From the NCBI GenBank assembly GCA_021157645.1, contig JAGGWC010000105.1, positions 1 through 35,814 of the forward strand: a DNA stretch of 35,814 nucleotides. Direction: 5' to 3'. Origin of the DNA: Candidatus Cloacimonadota bacterium (lineage in GTDB: Bacteria > Cloacimonadota > Cloacimonadia > Cloacimonadales > TCS61). A program made the translations under genes and the position numbers. This document shows, one piece after another, positions 6,609 through 14,667 of the stretch (position 1 is the first letter of the stretch; each line of letters opens with the position of its first letter). Under the pieces are notes generated by a model. It ran no database searches. It was given only the letters and a program-made list of their open reading frames with translations, and was not told where the DNA came from.

Positions 6609-8026
6609 GTTTCATATATGATGAACCAGAAAAGATAAAGAAAATATACATAAAGGAACTGCCAGTTCTAATTAATGAAAGTAATGAGTTGGTTTGTATT
6701 CCACATTCTCCAGATAAGCCAGTTATAGGTGTAGTAGGACAAAGGTCTTCTGGTAAGTCGTTTTTAGCACATGGGATAATAGATAGAATTTATTGGTACT
6801 GGGGAGAACCACTTATTAGTATGAATGATTTAACTCATGAATCTTATATTTGGTCTACACGAAATAAGATGAAAGCTCAAGTTAAAATACTTGAGAAATA
6901 TGGTGAAAAACCTATGCCATTACCAATAGCATATATTTATCCTTATTTTAAAGGATTTAAGCCACCTGAACATGAATACATCTCTATGAGTATTCCATTT
7001 GAAGATTTTTTGAAGAACTCTCCATACTTTTTAAGATTAAAGCAATCTGAAAAATATTTAGATTTGAATTTAAGATACATTATAGATTGCAAAACTCCAG
7101 AAGAGATTCAAGATATTTTATTAGATAAAATAAAAAATAGAAGCATTGTAAATACAATAATGGCTTCTATGTATAGATATTTAAATCAAGAGATAACTGA
7201 TTTCAATTCTCCAGCACCAGCATATTTAGACATAAGCAATACTTCTGATTTTGATGCTATGTCTGATTTTGAAGGAATGCAATATGACTTAAAGGAACAT
7301 CCAGTATCAAAGCGAGAATATGGTCCTGTTAAAATGACTGAAGAAGAAAAAGAATTTATATATTCTGAATTCAAAGATAATAAAATTATAAGGGATTTTT
7401 CAAGTGTTGATTTTGATAAAACCAAATCCTATTATTGGTTATATCGCTCAAGGTATAATCCTTTATTAGCTTTAGTTAGACAGAATTTAGTTCCAGTAAT
7501 AAATACAGAACAGCTCTTATCTAAACCTTATTTCCATCCATATATGTATTATTTACTTGATACTATAATTCATAATCAATCAAGAGACTATTATTTCGAA
7601 TCTCATAAAATTCCAATATGGATACATCTTGAGGAAGTTACGAGAATAGCTTCAACACAATTAAAAGAAAAGACATCCCAAAAGCTAATTGAAATAGCTC
7701 AAACAGGAAGACCATTAAGAATGGGAATGATATATGTAACTCAAGATTATAATAAAGTGGATACAATTATGCGTTCACAAACTACTTATTTATTTACTTT
7801 CAGGTTCAAAGATAAATCTCAAGCATCTCAAATTAAATCAGATATGGGTCTTGCAGAATATGAAGAAGACGAAATTCTTCATTTAAAGAAGCATCAAGTA
7901 TTTGCTTCTACAACAGACCATTTTGTAATATACTCTCCAGATGGAACAAGATACACTACAGATAAAAGCCAGAAAGGAAGGTCTTTACCGCCCCTTTCGC
8001 AACACAAATCTCCTGGAGCTGGGTGA
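6605..8026 (+). CDS. FtsK/HerA-superfamily P-loop NTPase (473 aa)
   Basis: Walker A GQRSSGKS (nt 6737-6760), Walker B-like IWIHLEEV, then GRPLRMGMIYVTQDYNKVDTIMRSQTTYLFTFRFKD. This resembles the HerA/FtsK 'GRk.G..l...tQ.p..l...v..n....i.lrl' block. Confidence 0.65.
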   Translation: MSFIYDEPEKIKKIYIKELPVLINESNELVCIPHSPDKPVIGVVGQRSSGKSFLAHGIIDRIYWYWGEPLISMNDLTHESYIWSTRNKMKAQVKILEKYGEKPMPLPIAYIYPYFKGFKPPEHEYISMSIPFEDFLKNSPYFLRLKQSEKYLDLNLRYIIDCKTPEEIQDILLDKIKNRSIVNTIMASMYRYLNQEITDFNSPAPAYLDISNTSDFDAMSDFEGMQYDLKEHPVSKREYGPVKMTEEEKEFIYSEFKDNKIIRDFSSVDFDKTKSYYWLYRSRYNPLLALVRQNLVPVINTEQLLSKPYFHPYMYYLLDTIIHNQSRDYYFESHKIPIWIHLEEVTRIASTQLKEKTSQKLIEIAQTGRPLRMGMIYVTQDYNKVDTIMRSQTTYLFTFRFKDKSQASQIKSDMGLAEYEEDEILHLKKHQVFASTTDHFVIYSPDGTRYTTDKSQKGRSLPPLSQHKSPGAG

Positions 8027-8030
8027 TAAA

Positions 8031-8621
8031 ATGAAATATAAAATAGCTATTTTAGCAATACTCTCAATAGCCTTATTAGTGCCTACAGTAAGTGCTAATT
8101 TGGTCTGTACTTGGGAGGATAATACAACCTATACATGTAATGGAACAGTGACTACAGATAATACTTCAGAAGTTATATGCACTAATCTCGAAGACCTAAA
8201 TATAACTGGTTCAGATTCTTGGTTAAAATCAGAGCTAACTGATTATAGAAATCTTTGGCAAGAGTGTCTTACATCAAATAAAAAACCAGAAGATTATATC
8301 CCTACCAGAGAAGAAGTAATCAGTTCTTCATACTATGTTGATTTGAATAAACAATATGAAGACTTGAAATCAGAGTATAATTCATATAAGATGAATTCAG
8401 TTTCTAATTCACAATATAATTCCTGTAGAGAAGATTTGAATAGATGTAATAATGACTTAAATCAAAAAGGAGGAATCCAATGGACTCAAGTTCTCGGAGG
8501 TGCAGCTGCAGCAATATTAGGTATGATGATGTGGGGAAAGAACCCTAAAGATTTATTAGGCGGAAATAAAAAAACACCACAACCAGATGTAATTCGAGAG
8601 TTTGGTCCAGGACATTTATAA
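8031..8621 (+). CDS. secreted protein with C-terminal TM segment (196 aa)
   Basis: In-frame ATG 8031 after GGTGA. Signal peptide MKYKIAILAILSIALLVPTVSA. Several Cys. C-terminal hydrophobic VLGGAAAAILGMMMWG. The listed start 7941 overlaps the ATPase gene. Confidence 0.65.
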   Translation: MKYKIAILAILSIALLVPTVSANLVCTWEDNTTYTCNGTVTTDNTSEVICTNLEDLNITGSDSWLKSELTDYRNLWQECLTSNKKPEDYIPTREEVISSSYYVDLNKQYEDLKSEYNSYKMNSVSNSQYNSCREDLNRCNNDLNQKGGIQWTQVLGGAAAAILGMMMWGKNPKDLLGGNKKTPQPDVIREFGPGHL

Positions 8622-8622
8622 A

Positions 8623-9147
8623 ATGGTAGAAGAATTAAGAGTACCAAGGTTTCCTTGGCTATATTTTGGAGATGGAACAGTAGCCCAATTATTAAACCAT
8701 AAAGTAGATATAGATAGTGATGGTACAGAAATAGTAGTATTGCGGTTTAAGCCGACCCAAGCACTGAAACAAAAGTATTCAATAAAACCTGAAGAATTGG
8801 ATATGGATGGAGCTATTACTAAAAAGTATCCAAAGGAATTCTTTGTAGCAGGGGATAGAACAGACCCAATATGGAGTGCTTGGTTTTTAGAATGTAATTA
8901 CTTAGGTCAAGAAACAGAATTAAGCAACAGACGAATTGACTTGCTTACAATGATAAGAGGTTATAAGAAATACATAGCTACATTAAAAGCAGAGTTAGCA
9001 TTTATGCATGACACATTAAGAAAAGCAAGGTCTGAGATTCCAGAATGGGCAAGAACATATACTGAAATTCAAAAAGCAATAACTCCGAAGAGAGACAGAG
9101 GAGATGAAGATGAAAAAAATCCATATGCTCCACCATATGAGGATTGA
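8623..9147 (+). CDS. hypothetical protein (174 aa)
   Basis: First ATG, 1 nt after the upstream stop (listed start 8602 is TTG). No motif recognised. Confidence 0.55.
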   Translation: MVEELRVPRFPWLYFGDGTVAQLLNHKVDIDSDGTEIVVLRFKPTQALKQKYSIKPEELDMDGAITKKYPKEFFVAGDRTDPIWSAWFLECNYLGQETELSNRRIDLLTMIRGYKKYIATLKAELAFMHDTLRKARSEIPEWARTYTEIQKAITPKRDRGDEDEKNPYAPPYED

Positions 9148-9152
9148 TTAAA

Positions 9153-9653
9153 ATGAAAGAAAAAATTATAGATATAAAAGATATTATGAAGAAGATAGAT
9201 ATAGATGACTTAAAATCAAATCCAATACATGCATATCTCTTTCAGTACAACAGTATATTAAAGAGCATTTCTTACAGCGTAAAAAACATAGCTGGAAAAC
9301 CAGTAAATCTAAATTCTGGAGAGACAACATACTCTGAAATAAACAAACTGAAAAAGAAAATAAGAGAAGGAAATGAAGTTCCTTATCTTCCAGAACTGTC
9401 TTATTGGAGAGCTGCAATGCAATTACTTAAACTACAGGAACAGCTTTTAGGTCTCAAGGACGAGATAATTAAAGCAGCTACAAACACAATAGGAAATGTC
9501 TATCTCTACTTAATGGAAAATAAGGACTTCTTTCCGAAAGTTGCAGATAAAATAAAAAATGAAAAAAAGGAGGTGAGTAAGCCTGGAAAGGACTTCCGAG
9601 AGCTTCCCGAAGAGTCGTTGGAGGATGTCGACGACCTCTTGGAGGAAGACTAA
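9153..9653 (+). CDS. helical protein with strongly acidic C-terminus (166 aa)
   Basis: First ATG (listed start 9144 is TTG). C-terminus is EESLEDVDDLLEED. Confidence 0.55.
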   Translation: MKEKIIDIKDIMKKIDIDDLKSNPIHAYLFQYNSILKSISYSVKNIAGKPVNLNSGETTYSEINKLKKKIREGNEVPYLPELSYWRAAMQLLKLQEQLLGLKDEIIKAATNTIGNVYLYLMENKDFFPKVADKIKNEKKEVSKPGKDFRELPEESLEDVDDLLEED

Positions 9654-9735
9654 AATCGGCATAGGGAGGTTAAATGGATAAAAGAGTGTCCAAAGGAAAT
9701 GTAGGTTATGAATTAATATTCAAAATGCTATTAGA

Positions 9736-9806
9736 CTATTTGGTTAACTAATATGCTATTTGGTTAACTAATATGCTATTTGGTTAACTAATATGCTATT
9801 TGGTTA
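9736..9806. repeat. 3.5 perfect tandem copies of a 20-bp iteron ctatttggttaactaatatg
   Basis: Identical copies at 9736-9755, 9756-9775 and 9776-9795, plus a partial copy at 9796-9806. A degenerate lead-in atgctattaga sits at 9725-9735. Each unit carries the near-palindrome TGGTTAACTA (core GTTAAC). Confidence 0.9.
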
Positions 9807-9838
9807 TGTAAATTTAAAAATGAAAAGAGGAGAGTAAT

Positions 9839-10426
9839 ATGAAACTTGATAAGAAAAAAGAAAAAGAAGAAAAAGAGAAGAATAAAAAAGGAAACTATAA
9901 AGTTTGTAAATATTGCGGAGCTAGGATGTATAAAAAAGATATGACTCCTGCAGCGTGGGCTAAAAAGAAATTTTGTTCTGAAGAACACAAAAACAAATAT
10001 TACTACTGGATTCAAAATAAAAAGAAAGAAGAGAGAGATAAATTTAAAGAAAAATTTGAAATTCAAGGAATTAAAGAAATAAATAAATTACGAGATAATA
10101 AACCGATACCTTTTGAGTCACCATTATTTAAAAAAATGAGTGTTCAATTACCTACGAAATATCATAAGACAATGAAAACATTTACAAATTTTAAAAGTGT
10201 AATGGTTTATATTTCACCACAAATAAATGTTAGAGATTTTTCAACAAAATTACACATTTCGGTAAGAGTTCTCGTAAGAGGTTATTGGGCTTACGCATCT
10301 GTATTTAATATTTCAGAGAAGAACCTAATAAAATTTCTAAAAGCAATGAAAGAATATAAGGAAAAAGTAAAGAATGCTAAAGGTAAAATAAAAATAAATG
10401 AAAGGGGAGTTATTTTAGAAGTATAA
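9839..10426 (+). CDS. Lys-rich zinc-binding protein (195 aa)
   Basis: CKYC...CSEEH motif near the N-terminus. GAGGAGAG SD-like purine run upstream. First gene after the iteron array. Confidence 0.6.
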   Translation: MKLDKKKEKEEKEKNKKGNYKVCKYCGARMYKKDMTPAAWAKKKFCSEEHKNKYYYWIQNKKKEERDKFKEKFEIQGIKEINKLRDNKPIPFESPLFKKMSVQLPTKYHKTMKTFTNFKSVMVYISPQINVRDFSTKLHISVRVLVRGYWAYASVFNISEKNLIKFLKAMKEYKEKVKNAKGKIKINERGVILEV

Positions 10427-10435
10427 GAGGTCAAA

Positions 10436-10804
10436 ATGGAAGAATATGAAGAAGAGGACGAATGGTCGGACAGAAACGCAATTATATTGAGAAAACCGAA
10501 AATTTGTCCTACATGTGGTAAGGAGGATTTGGGAATTGGTGATTGGCTTAATCTTATTTTTTACAAACTTGAAGAAAGAGATTCATTTGTTTTAAAAGCC
10601 AATAAACAAAATCTTCCTATAGCTGAAAGACTAATAAGAATGTTGAGTATAGTTGGAGTTGTAGTAGTTGATAGAAAAAAAGAAGTTAAAAAGTTGAAAT
10701 ATCATGGATATAAGTCAAAGAATATTAAAGACTATATAACAGAAATTACAATTATTAAATTTGAAAAAATGCCACAAATAAAAGGACTGGAGAAATTAAG
10801 ATAG
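10436..10804 (+). CDS. hypothetical protein (122 aa), acidic N-terminus, single CPTC motif
   Basis: ORF track. AGAGGT SD-like site 6 nt upstream. Confidence 0.55.
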   Translation: MEEYEEEDEWSDRNAIILRKPKICPTCGKEDLGIGDWLNLIFYKLEERDSFVLKANKQNLPIAERLIRMLSIVGVVVVDRKKEVKKLKYHGYKSKNIKDYITEITIIKFEKMPQIKGLEKLR

Positions 10805-11416
10805 ATGGCATATGAATCTGAACTTGAGCAACAGAGAATTCATGAACAAGTAGAAAAAGAAAGAACAAAACCAAGCTTATTGAGTAAAATTAGCTATACT
10901 CAAATTTTGTTTTTTATAGGTATTATTGCATTTATCTTTTTTTATATTACTTCAGGTGGTAAGAATGTAGAATATGTTTACTTTTTATTATTACTTATGG
11001 TTTTATTAGTTCTTGCTAATTTGAAGAAAAATGTAGACAGAAAACTTACAGAAGAAGAAGCAAGAGCCATAGCTTATGCTTGGTTAAAGAATAGACAAAA
11101 GACAGTTCCTGGATTTATACAAGGAACTATTTTATTTCCAGGACCAGCTAAAGAGCATACATTTCAACATGAACCAGACTATTGGGAATTTTATGTACAA
11201 ATACGAGATTTAGATTATAGAACACATAAATATTCTGTTGCAGTTTATTCAATAGGTAATTGGATTGGGCATATTAAACACTTTAGACCTAGACCTGGCG
11301 GTTGGACAGGAGAAGAATCTCCAGACTTATTCAAGATATATGTTCCTAGAGATTCAAAAATGCCTTATAATCCCCCTAGACAACAATTTAAAAAAATAAG
11401 AGGGTGGTGGAGTTAA
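10805..11416 (+). CDS. membrane protein, 2 TM plus soluble C-terminal domain (203 aa)
   Basis: Hydrophobic helices ILFFIGIIAFIFFYI and VYFLLLLMVLLVLANL. ATG directly abuts the upstream TAG. Confidence 0.6.
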   Translation: MAYESELEQQRIHEQVEKERTKPSLLSKISYTQILFFIGIIAFIFFYITSGGKNVEYVYFLLLLMVLLVLANLKKNVDRKLTEEEARAIAYAWLKNRQKTVPGFIQGTILFPGPAKEHTFQHEPDYWEFYVQIRDLDYRTHKYSVAVYSIGNWIGHIKHFRPRPGGWTGEESPDLFKIYVPRDSKMPYNPPRQQFKKIRGWWS

Positions 11417-11417
11417 A

Positions 11418-11735
11418 ATGGAAAAAGAAGAATTAAAAATATTTTTGAAATATGTATTTACAAAACCAATACAAGATTTTATTGCAGTATTACGTAAACC
11501 TAGCAACTGGTATACTATTTTACTAGTATTTGCAGTGTTTACTTTAATAAATGCATATATTAGAGCAGGATATGTTATTTCTAAAATGAAAATTCCATTC
11601 CATGTTTTTCTAGTATATTTAATGCTATTTGTAGTTGTAGCATTGTATAAAGAATGGATTGGTGGAAAATGGAAGCATGAATTAAGGAAGAAATATTTAG
11701 AAGAATTAGAGAAAAAACGAAAAATATTTAAATGA
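11418..11735 (+). CDS. small membrane protein (105 aa)
   Basis: Two hydrophobic helices. GGTGGTGGAG upstream. Confidence 0.6.
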   Translation: MEKEELKIFLKYVFTKPIQDFIAVLRKPSNWYTILLVFAVFTLINAYIRAGYVISKMKIPFHVFLVYLMLFVVVALYKEWIGGKWKHELRKKYLEELEKKRKIFK

Positions 11736-11827
11736 TGAATGTTCATAATTACCCCTATAAAGCATTGATAGCTTGATGCGATGTGGTTTTTAAAGTCAAA
11801 AAGCAACCAACCGCACCCTTATTCTTA

Positions 11828-11839
11828 AATTTTATAGAC
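11828..11839 (+). promoter_or_regulatory. possible archaeal TATA box (aaattttataga) for the 11888 gene
   Basis: TTTATA lies ~50 nt upstream of the ATG, and AGGTGA (11872-11877) lies between them. It sits in a 152-bp non-coding gap. AT-rich background makes this weak evidence. Confidence 0.3.
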
Positions 11840-11887
11840 ATTGCTGTAATACAAGCTTGAGCTTTAAGATTAGGTGAAAAGATAAAA

Positions 11888-12835
11888 ATGGCAAACAAGA
11901 ATTCTAGCTTGTTGCTACTAGGAGCAATAATTATTATTGCATTTTTAGCAACAGGTGGAAAATTAGGCGGACTTTTTTCCGCAGCTGACACAAACATTGG
12001 CGACACTGGAAGTACAGACACTGGGACTACTGATGTAACACCAACACACTGTGAAGGAATTTCAAGCGTAAAACTATTATACGACGATAAAGATGCTTAC
12101 AAATTAGGAACAGACCCTGGAAGCGTATTGACGATATATGACCCAATTGCTATGACTGTAGCAGACGATGCAACAAGTACAACAGGTCCTACATTAACTG
12201 AATATAAAGCATTAGCAGGAGATAATGCAGGAACTCCAAGTTCTACATATTTTGCAAAAGAATTAGACTTTGAAACAGGTTGTGATGATATACATATTCA
12301 ACCTAAATTATACAAAGCAGGAGCACCTACATTAACATTTGTAAACGACAATGGAATTACACAAAATTCAGATACTAATGATGAAGCAATGGATGCTAGT
12401 TCTTCATATACTCCAGAATTAACTATTAAAGCACCAGCTGATGAATGTTCAAGTGTATACGGAGCATATGTAGTAGCTGAATATGATGCAACATATATTA
12501 AATCTGTTACACCTGTTAGTGGATTAACTGATGCAGACGTAGGAGTATACATAGCACACACTACAAATCAATCAGAAAGTGGAAATGACTTTGACCAATA
12601 TAAAGTAATGAAATATTCTGGAAAATTATGTGACGGAGCAAAAGATACTGTATCTTTCAAAGTTGAAACAACTTCATCAACACCTGGAGAAGATGCAGGA
12701 AACATACAAGTATATTGGTTACCAATAAACAAAGACTTAAATGCAGATACTTATGCATTAATAACTGGAATATACGACGAAGATAACAACGCTATATACA
12801 TTGGAAACACAAGTGCTTACTACTACGGTGCATAA
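11888..12835 (+). CDS. candidate major structural (capsid/envelope) protein, 315 aa
   Basis: It has its own upstream gap with TATA-like and SD sites. GC is clearly higher than in neighbours (sampled lines ~37-47% against ~30%). Composition is Thr/Asp/Ala/Gly-rich and Lys-poor. N-terminal hydrophobic segment LLLLGAIIIIAFLATGG. It is followed by the only clean hairpin/oligo-T terminator I found. The functional call is inference only. Confidence 0.4.
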   Translation: MANKNSSLLLLGAIIIIAFLATGGKLGGLFSAADTNIGDTGSTDTGTTDVTPTHCEGISSVKLLYDDKDAYKLGTDPGSVLTIYDPIAMTVADDATSTTGPTLTEYKALAGDNAGTPSSTYFAKELDFETGCDDIHIQPKLYKAGAPTLTFVNDNGITQNSDTNDEAMDASSSYTPELTIKAPADECSSVYGAYVVAEYDATYIKSVTPVSGLTDADVGVYIAHTTNQSESGNDFDQYKVMKYSGKLCDGAKDTVSFKVETTSSTPGEDAGNIQVYWLPINKDLNADTYALITGIYDEDNNAIYIGNTSAYYYGA

Positions 12836-12845
12836 ATAAACAATT

Positions 12846-12868
12846 GAGGGCTTTTAGCCCTTTTTTTA
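12846..12868 (+). terminator. hairpin plus T7 tract
   Basis: gagggc-tttta-gccct followed by ttttttt (12861-12867), 11 nt after the stop codon. Confidence 0.6.
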
Positions 12869-12880
12869 TTTATATATAAA

Positions 12881-13585
12881 ATGGTACATTTAGTACAAGA
12901 AAAAAGCACTCCTATATTCATCCTTCTCTCACTTATTTTAATATTCTTATTAATTAATTATGATGCGTCAGTATCAATCCCATATATTAGTATTGCATTA
13001 CTTAATTTAATGATTTATTTCGCATATAATAGGTTCAAATTGTCTTTTGATAAGAATGTAAATTGGCTTCATGCAACTATGTTGGGTGTGATAGTTACAG
13101 CAGCATTTATTTTAGTTATGAATGTTCTCGGTAAATTTCTTATGCCTTCATCAATTATTACCCCTTTTTCAGTTATAGAAGTTATGGCTTCTCAATTACC
13201 CAGACCATTATTATCTCAATCTTTGTTCTTTACATGGTTAAGTGTAGGAGTAATATTTCCTATACTTGAAACTGACTTCTTCTTTGGAAGAATATTAGAT
13301 GTACTTGCTACCCGATTTAAAGTAGCATTAAATTATGATTTTTCAAATCGTAAAACTTGGATGTTAATCTTTTTAGTATCTTCATTATTTGCAATATTTC
13401 ATGTAACTGCTAAAAGAGGAAATTTAGATATTGGATTATTATTTACATTTATATTTGGAATAATCAGTTGTTGGATGGTTTTAAAGTATAAGCGTACAGC
13501 TGAAGCGGTAATGTTTCATGTCATAGCAAATACTACATATCTAGTATTTGCAAATCTAGCAATAATACAAGCAGCTCTACATTAA
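12881..13585 (+). CDS. CPBP (CAAX protease/Abi) family intramembrane protease, divergent motif 1
   Basis: Polytopic membrane protein. Motif 2 is SSLFAIFH and motif 3 is MFHVIAN. Motif 1 reads FPILETDFFFGRIL instead of the canonical EExxxR/FRG. Confidence 0.6.
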   Translation: MVHLVQEKSTPIFILLSLILIFLLINYDASVSIPYISIALLNLMIYFAYNRFKLSFDKNVNWLHATMLGVIVTAAFILVMNVLGKFLMPSSIITPFSVIEVMASQLPRPLLSQSLFFTWLSVGVIFPILETDFFFGRILDVLATRFKVALNYDFSNRKTWMLIFLVSSLFAIFHVTAKRGNLDIGLLFTFIFGIISCWMVLKYKRTAEAVMFHVIANTTYLVFANLAIIQAALH

Positions 13586-13638
13586 TCATACTCTTAAATA
13601 TAAAAAATAGGGATAAAAGTTAAAACAATAAAAAAATT

Positions 13639-13648
13639 AAGGAGGTGA
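13639..13648 (+). promoter_or_regulatory. near-perfect Shine-Dalgarno AAGGAGGTGA
   Basis: Complementary to the conserved 16S 3' end. It lies 8 nt upstream of ATG 13657. The same 15-mer taaggaggtgaaaaa recurs before ATG 21967. Confidence 0.6.
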
Positions 13649-13656
13649 AAAAGCAA

Positions 13657-13842
13657 ATGAATTTCGATTGGAAGAGATTCCTGATTATAGCAGTAGTAGG
13701 TGTTTTAGTATTTGGCTTTATAGCAGACCCACTAGCAGGAATCGTTAAGTACAACATATTAGGAATACTACAAATAGGAAGAATGTTGGCTTTTGGAATT
13801 GCAGTGTTTATTGCTGAAAGCGTTTATTCCTATTTTAAATAA
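13657..13842 (+). CDS. 61-aa two-TM protein, candidate abundant virion/membrane protein
   Basis: First ATG after the perfect SD (listed start 13645 is a GTG inside the SD). MNFDWKRFLIIAVVGVLVFGFIADPLAG...MLAFGIAVFIAESVY. Confidence 0.6.
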   Translation: MNFDWKRFLIIAVVGVLVFGFIADPLAGIVKYNILGILQIGRMLAFGIAVFIAESVYSYFK

Positions 13843-13847
13843 ATAAG

Positions 13848-14096
13848 ATGGTAAGTAAATTGCGAGCGTGGTTATATTTCAACCAACTAGGCTTTGGAAT
13901 CGGAGCATTTTTTGGATTAATATACACACGACTATTTACAAAAGGAACAGTTCTTTATTCGATTTTTAATTTACCATCCAGGCTCGCAATGCTCTTTACC
14001 AAGAGCAACTTACTAATCTTACTTTTTGTTGTTATTTTTTATGCATTTTTATTTGCATATATTCAGTCTAAAATAAGGAGAAAAAGAATAGTATGA
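13848..14096 (+). CDS. 82-aa two-TM protein
   Basis: ORF track. Hydrophobic helices. Basic C-terminus. Confidence 0.55.
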   Translation: MVSKLRAWLYFNQLGFGIGAFFGLIYTRLFTKGTVLYSIFNLPSRLAMLFTKSNLLILLFVVIFYAFLFAYIQSKIRRKRIV

Positions 14097-14323
14097 ACTT
14101 AAAATATTATTTAAGGAAATATAAGAAAGTATATGGTTCAATAGCAGGAATAATACTCTTAATTCATTTCCTAAAATTAGCAGGTCTTCTTTTATTTGAA
14201 GATTTAATAGTCCTTAAAATAGGAGCTACAGAGTGGAACTGGGCTGTAAAAATATCAGTTGTAATACTCTTAGCATTAGTAATATTCCATGAAGATAATA
14301 ACTTTTATAGAGGTAAAAAATGA
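14093..14323 (+). CDS. 76-aa two-TM protein
   Basis: ATGA overlap with the upstream gene. AAGGAG at 14075-14080. Confidence 0.55.
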   Translation: MNLKYYLRKYKKVYGSIAGIILLIHFLKLAGLLLFEDLIVLKIGATEWNWAVKISVVILLALVIFHEDNNFYRGKK

Positions 14324-14667
14324 CTAGATATGAAGTATTCATAGGATTATTTGGAACAATTCTCTTAACTAGAGCTATTTGGTATATGCTTACAATATAC
14401 CATACTGGAGTATATTTAGTCATATTATTAGGAGTTCTATTATTAATGATGAAACCAAAGATACTTAAAAGACTTCCAGATTTCAAAGCATTTAGTAAAA
14501 CTGTTCAAAACAGAGCATTATCTTCTATTTCAGCATTGCTTATTGGCTATGGGGTATGGATGTTCTTGAATCCTTTTATGTATAAGTATAAATATTGGAT
14601 TTTAGGAATAGGACTATTCTTAATTATATTCCAGCAATCATTGGGAGAGGTGTTTAATCATGGCTAA
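14320..14667 (+). CDS. 115-aa multi-TM protein
   Basis: ATGA overlap with the upstream gene. 3-4 hydrophobic helices. Confidence 0.55.
   Translation: MTRYEVFIGLFGTILLTRAIWYMLTIYHTGVYLVILLGVLLLMMKPKILKRLPDFKAFSKTVQNRALSSISALLIGYGVWMFLNPFMYKYKYWILGIGLFLIIFQQSLGEVFNHG

Noticed and set aside
9674-9751. 25-aa ORF MDKRVSKGNVGYELIFKMLLDYLVN after a GGGAGGT site, reading into the first iteron
   Set aside because: SD-to-ATG spacing is only 3 nt, and the product ends inside the repeat array. It is kept as unresolved and not annotated. The GGGAGGT could equally be fortuitous.
9788-10066. 92-aa minus-strand ORF rich in poly-Phe
   Set aside because: It is the antisense reading of the Lys-rich (AAA/AAG) start of 9839..10426, so it is a compositional artefact.
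11354-11806. 150-aa minus-strand ORF, the longest antisense ORF in the window
   Set aside because: It lies fully antisense to the plausible + strand membrane-protein gene 11418..11735, which has an SD and abuts its neighbours. Its product is F/N/S/I-rich antisense-type sequence with no SD or start context.
12868-12880. tttatttatatataaa as the promoter TATA box for the CPBP gene, and many other TATA-like strings
   Set aside because: It lies only ~3-13 nt from the ATG, too close for an archaeal TATA box. TATA-like strings are ubiquitous at this base composition, so only the best-placed example (11828..11839) was listed, at low confidence.
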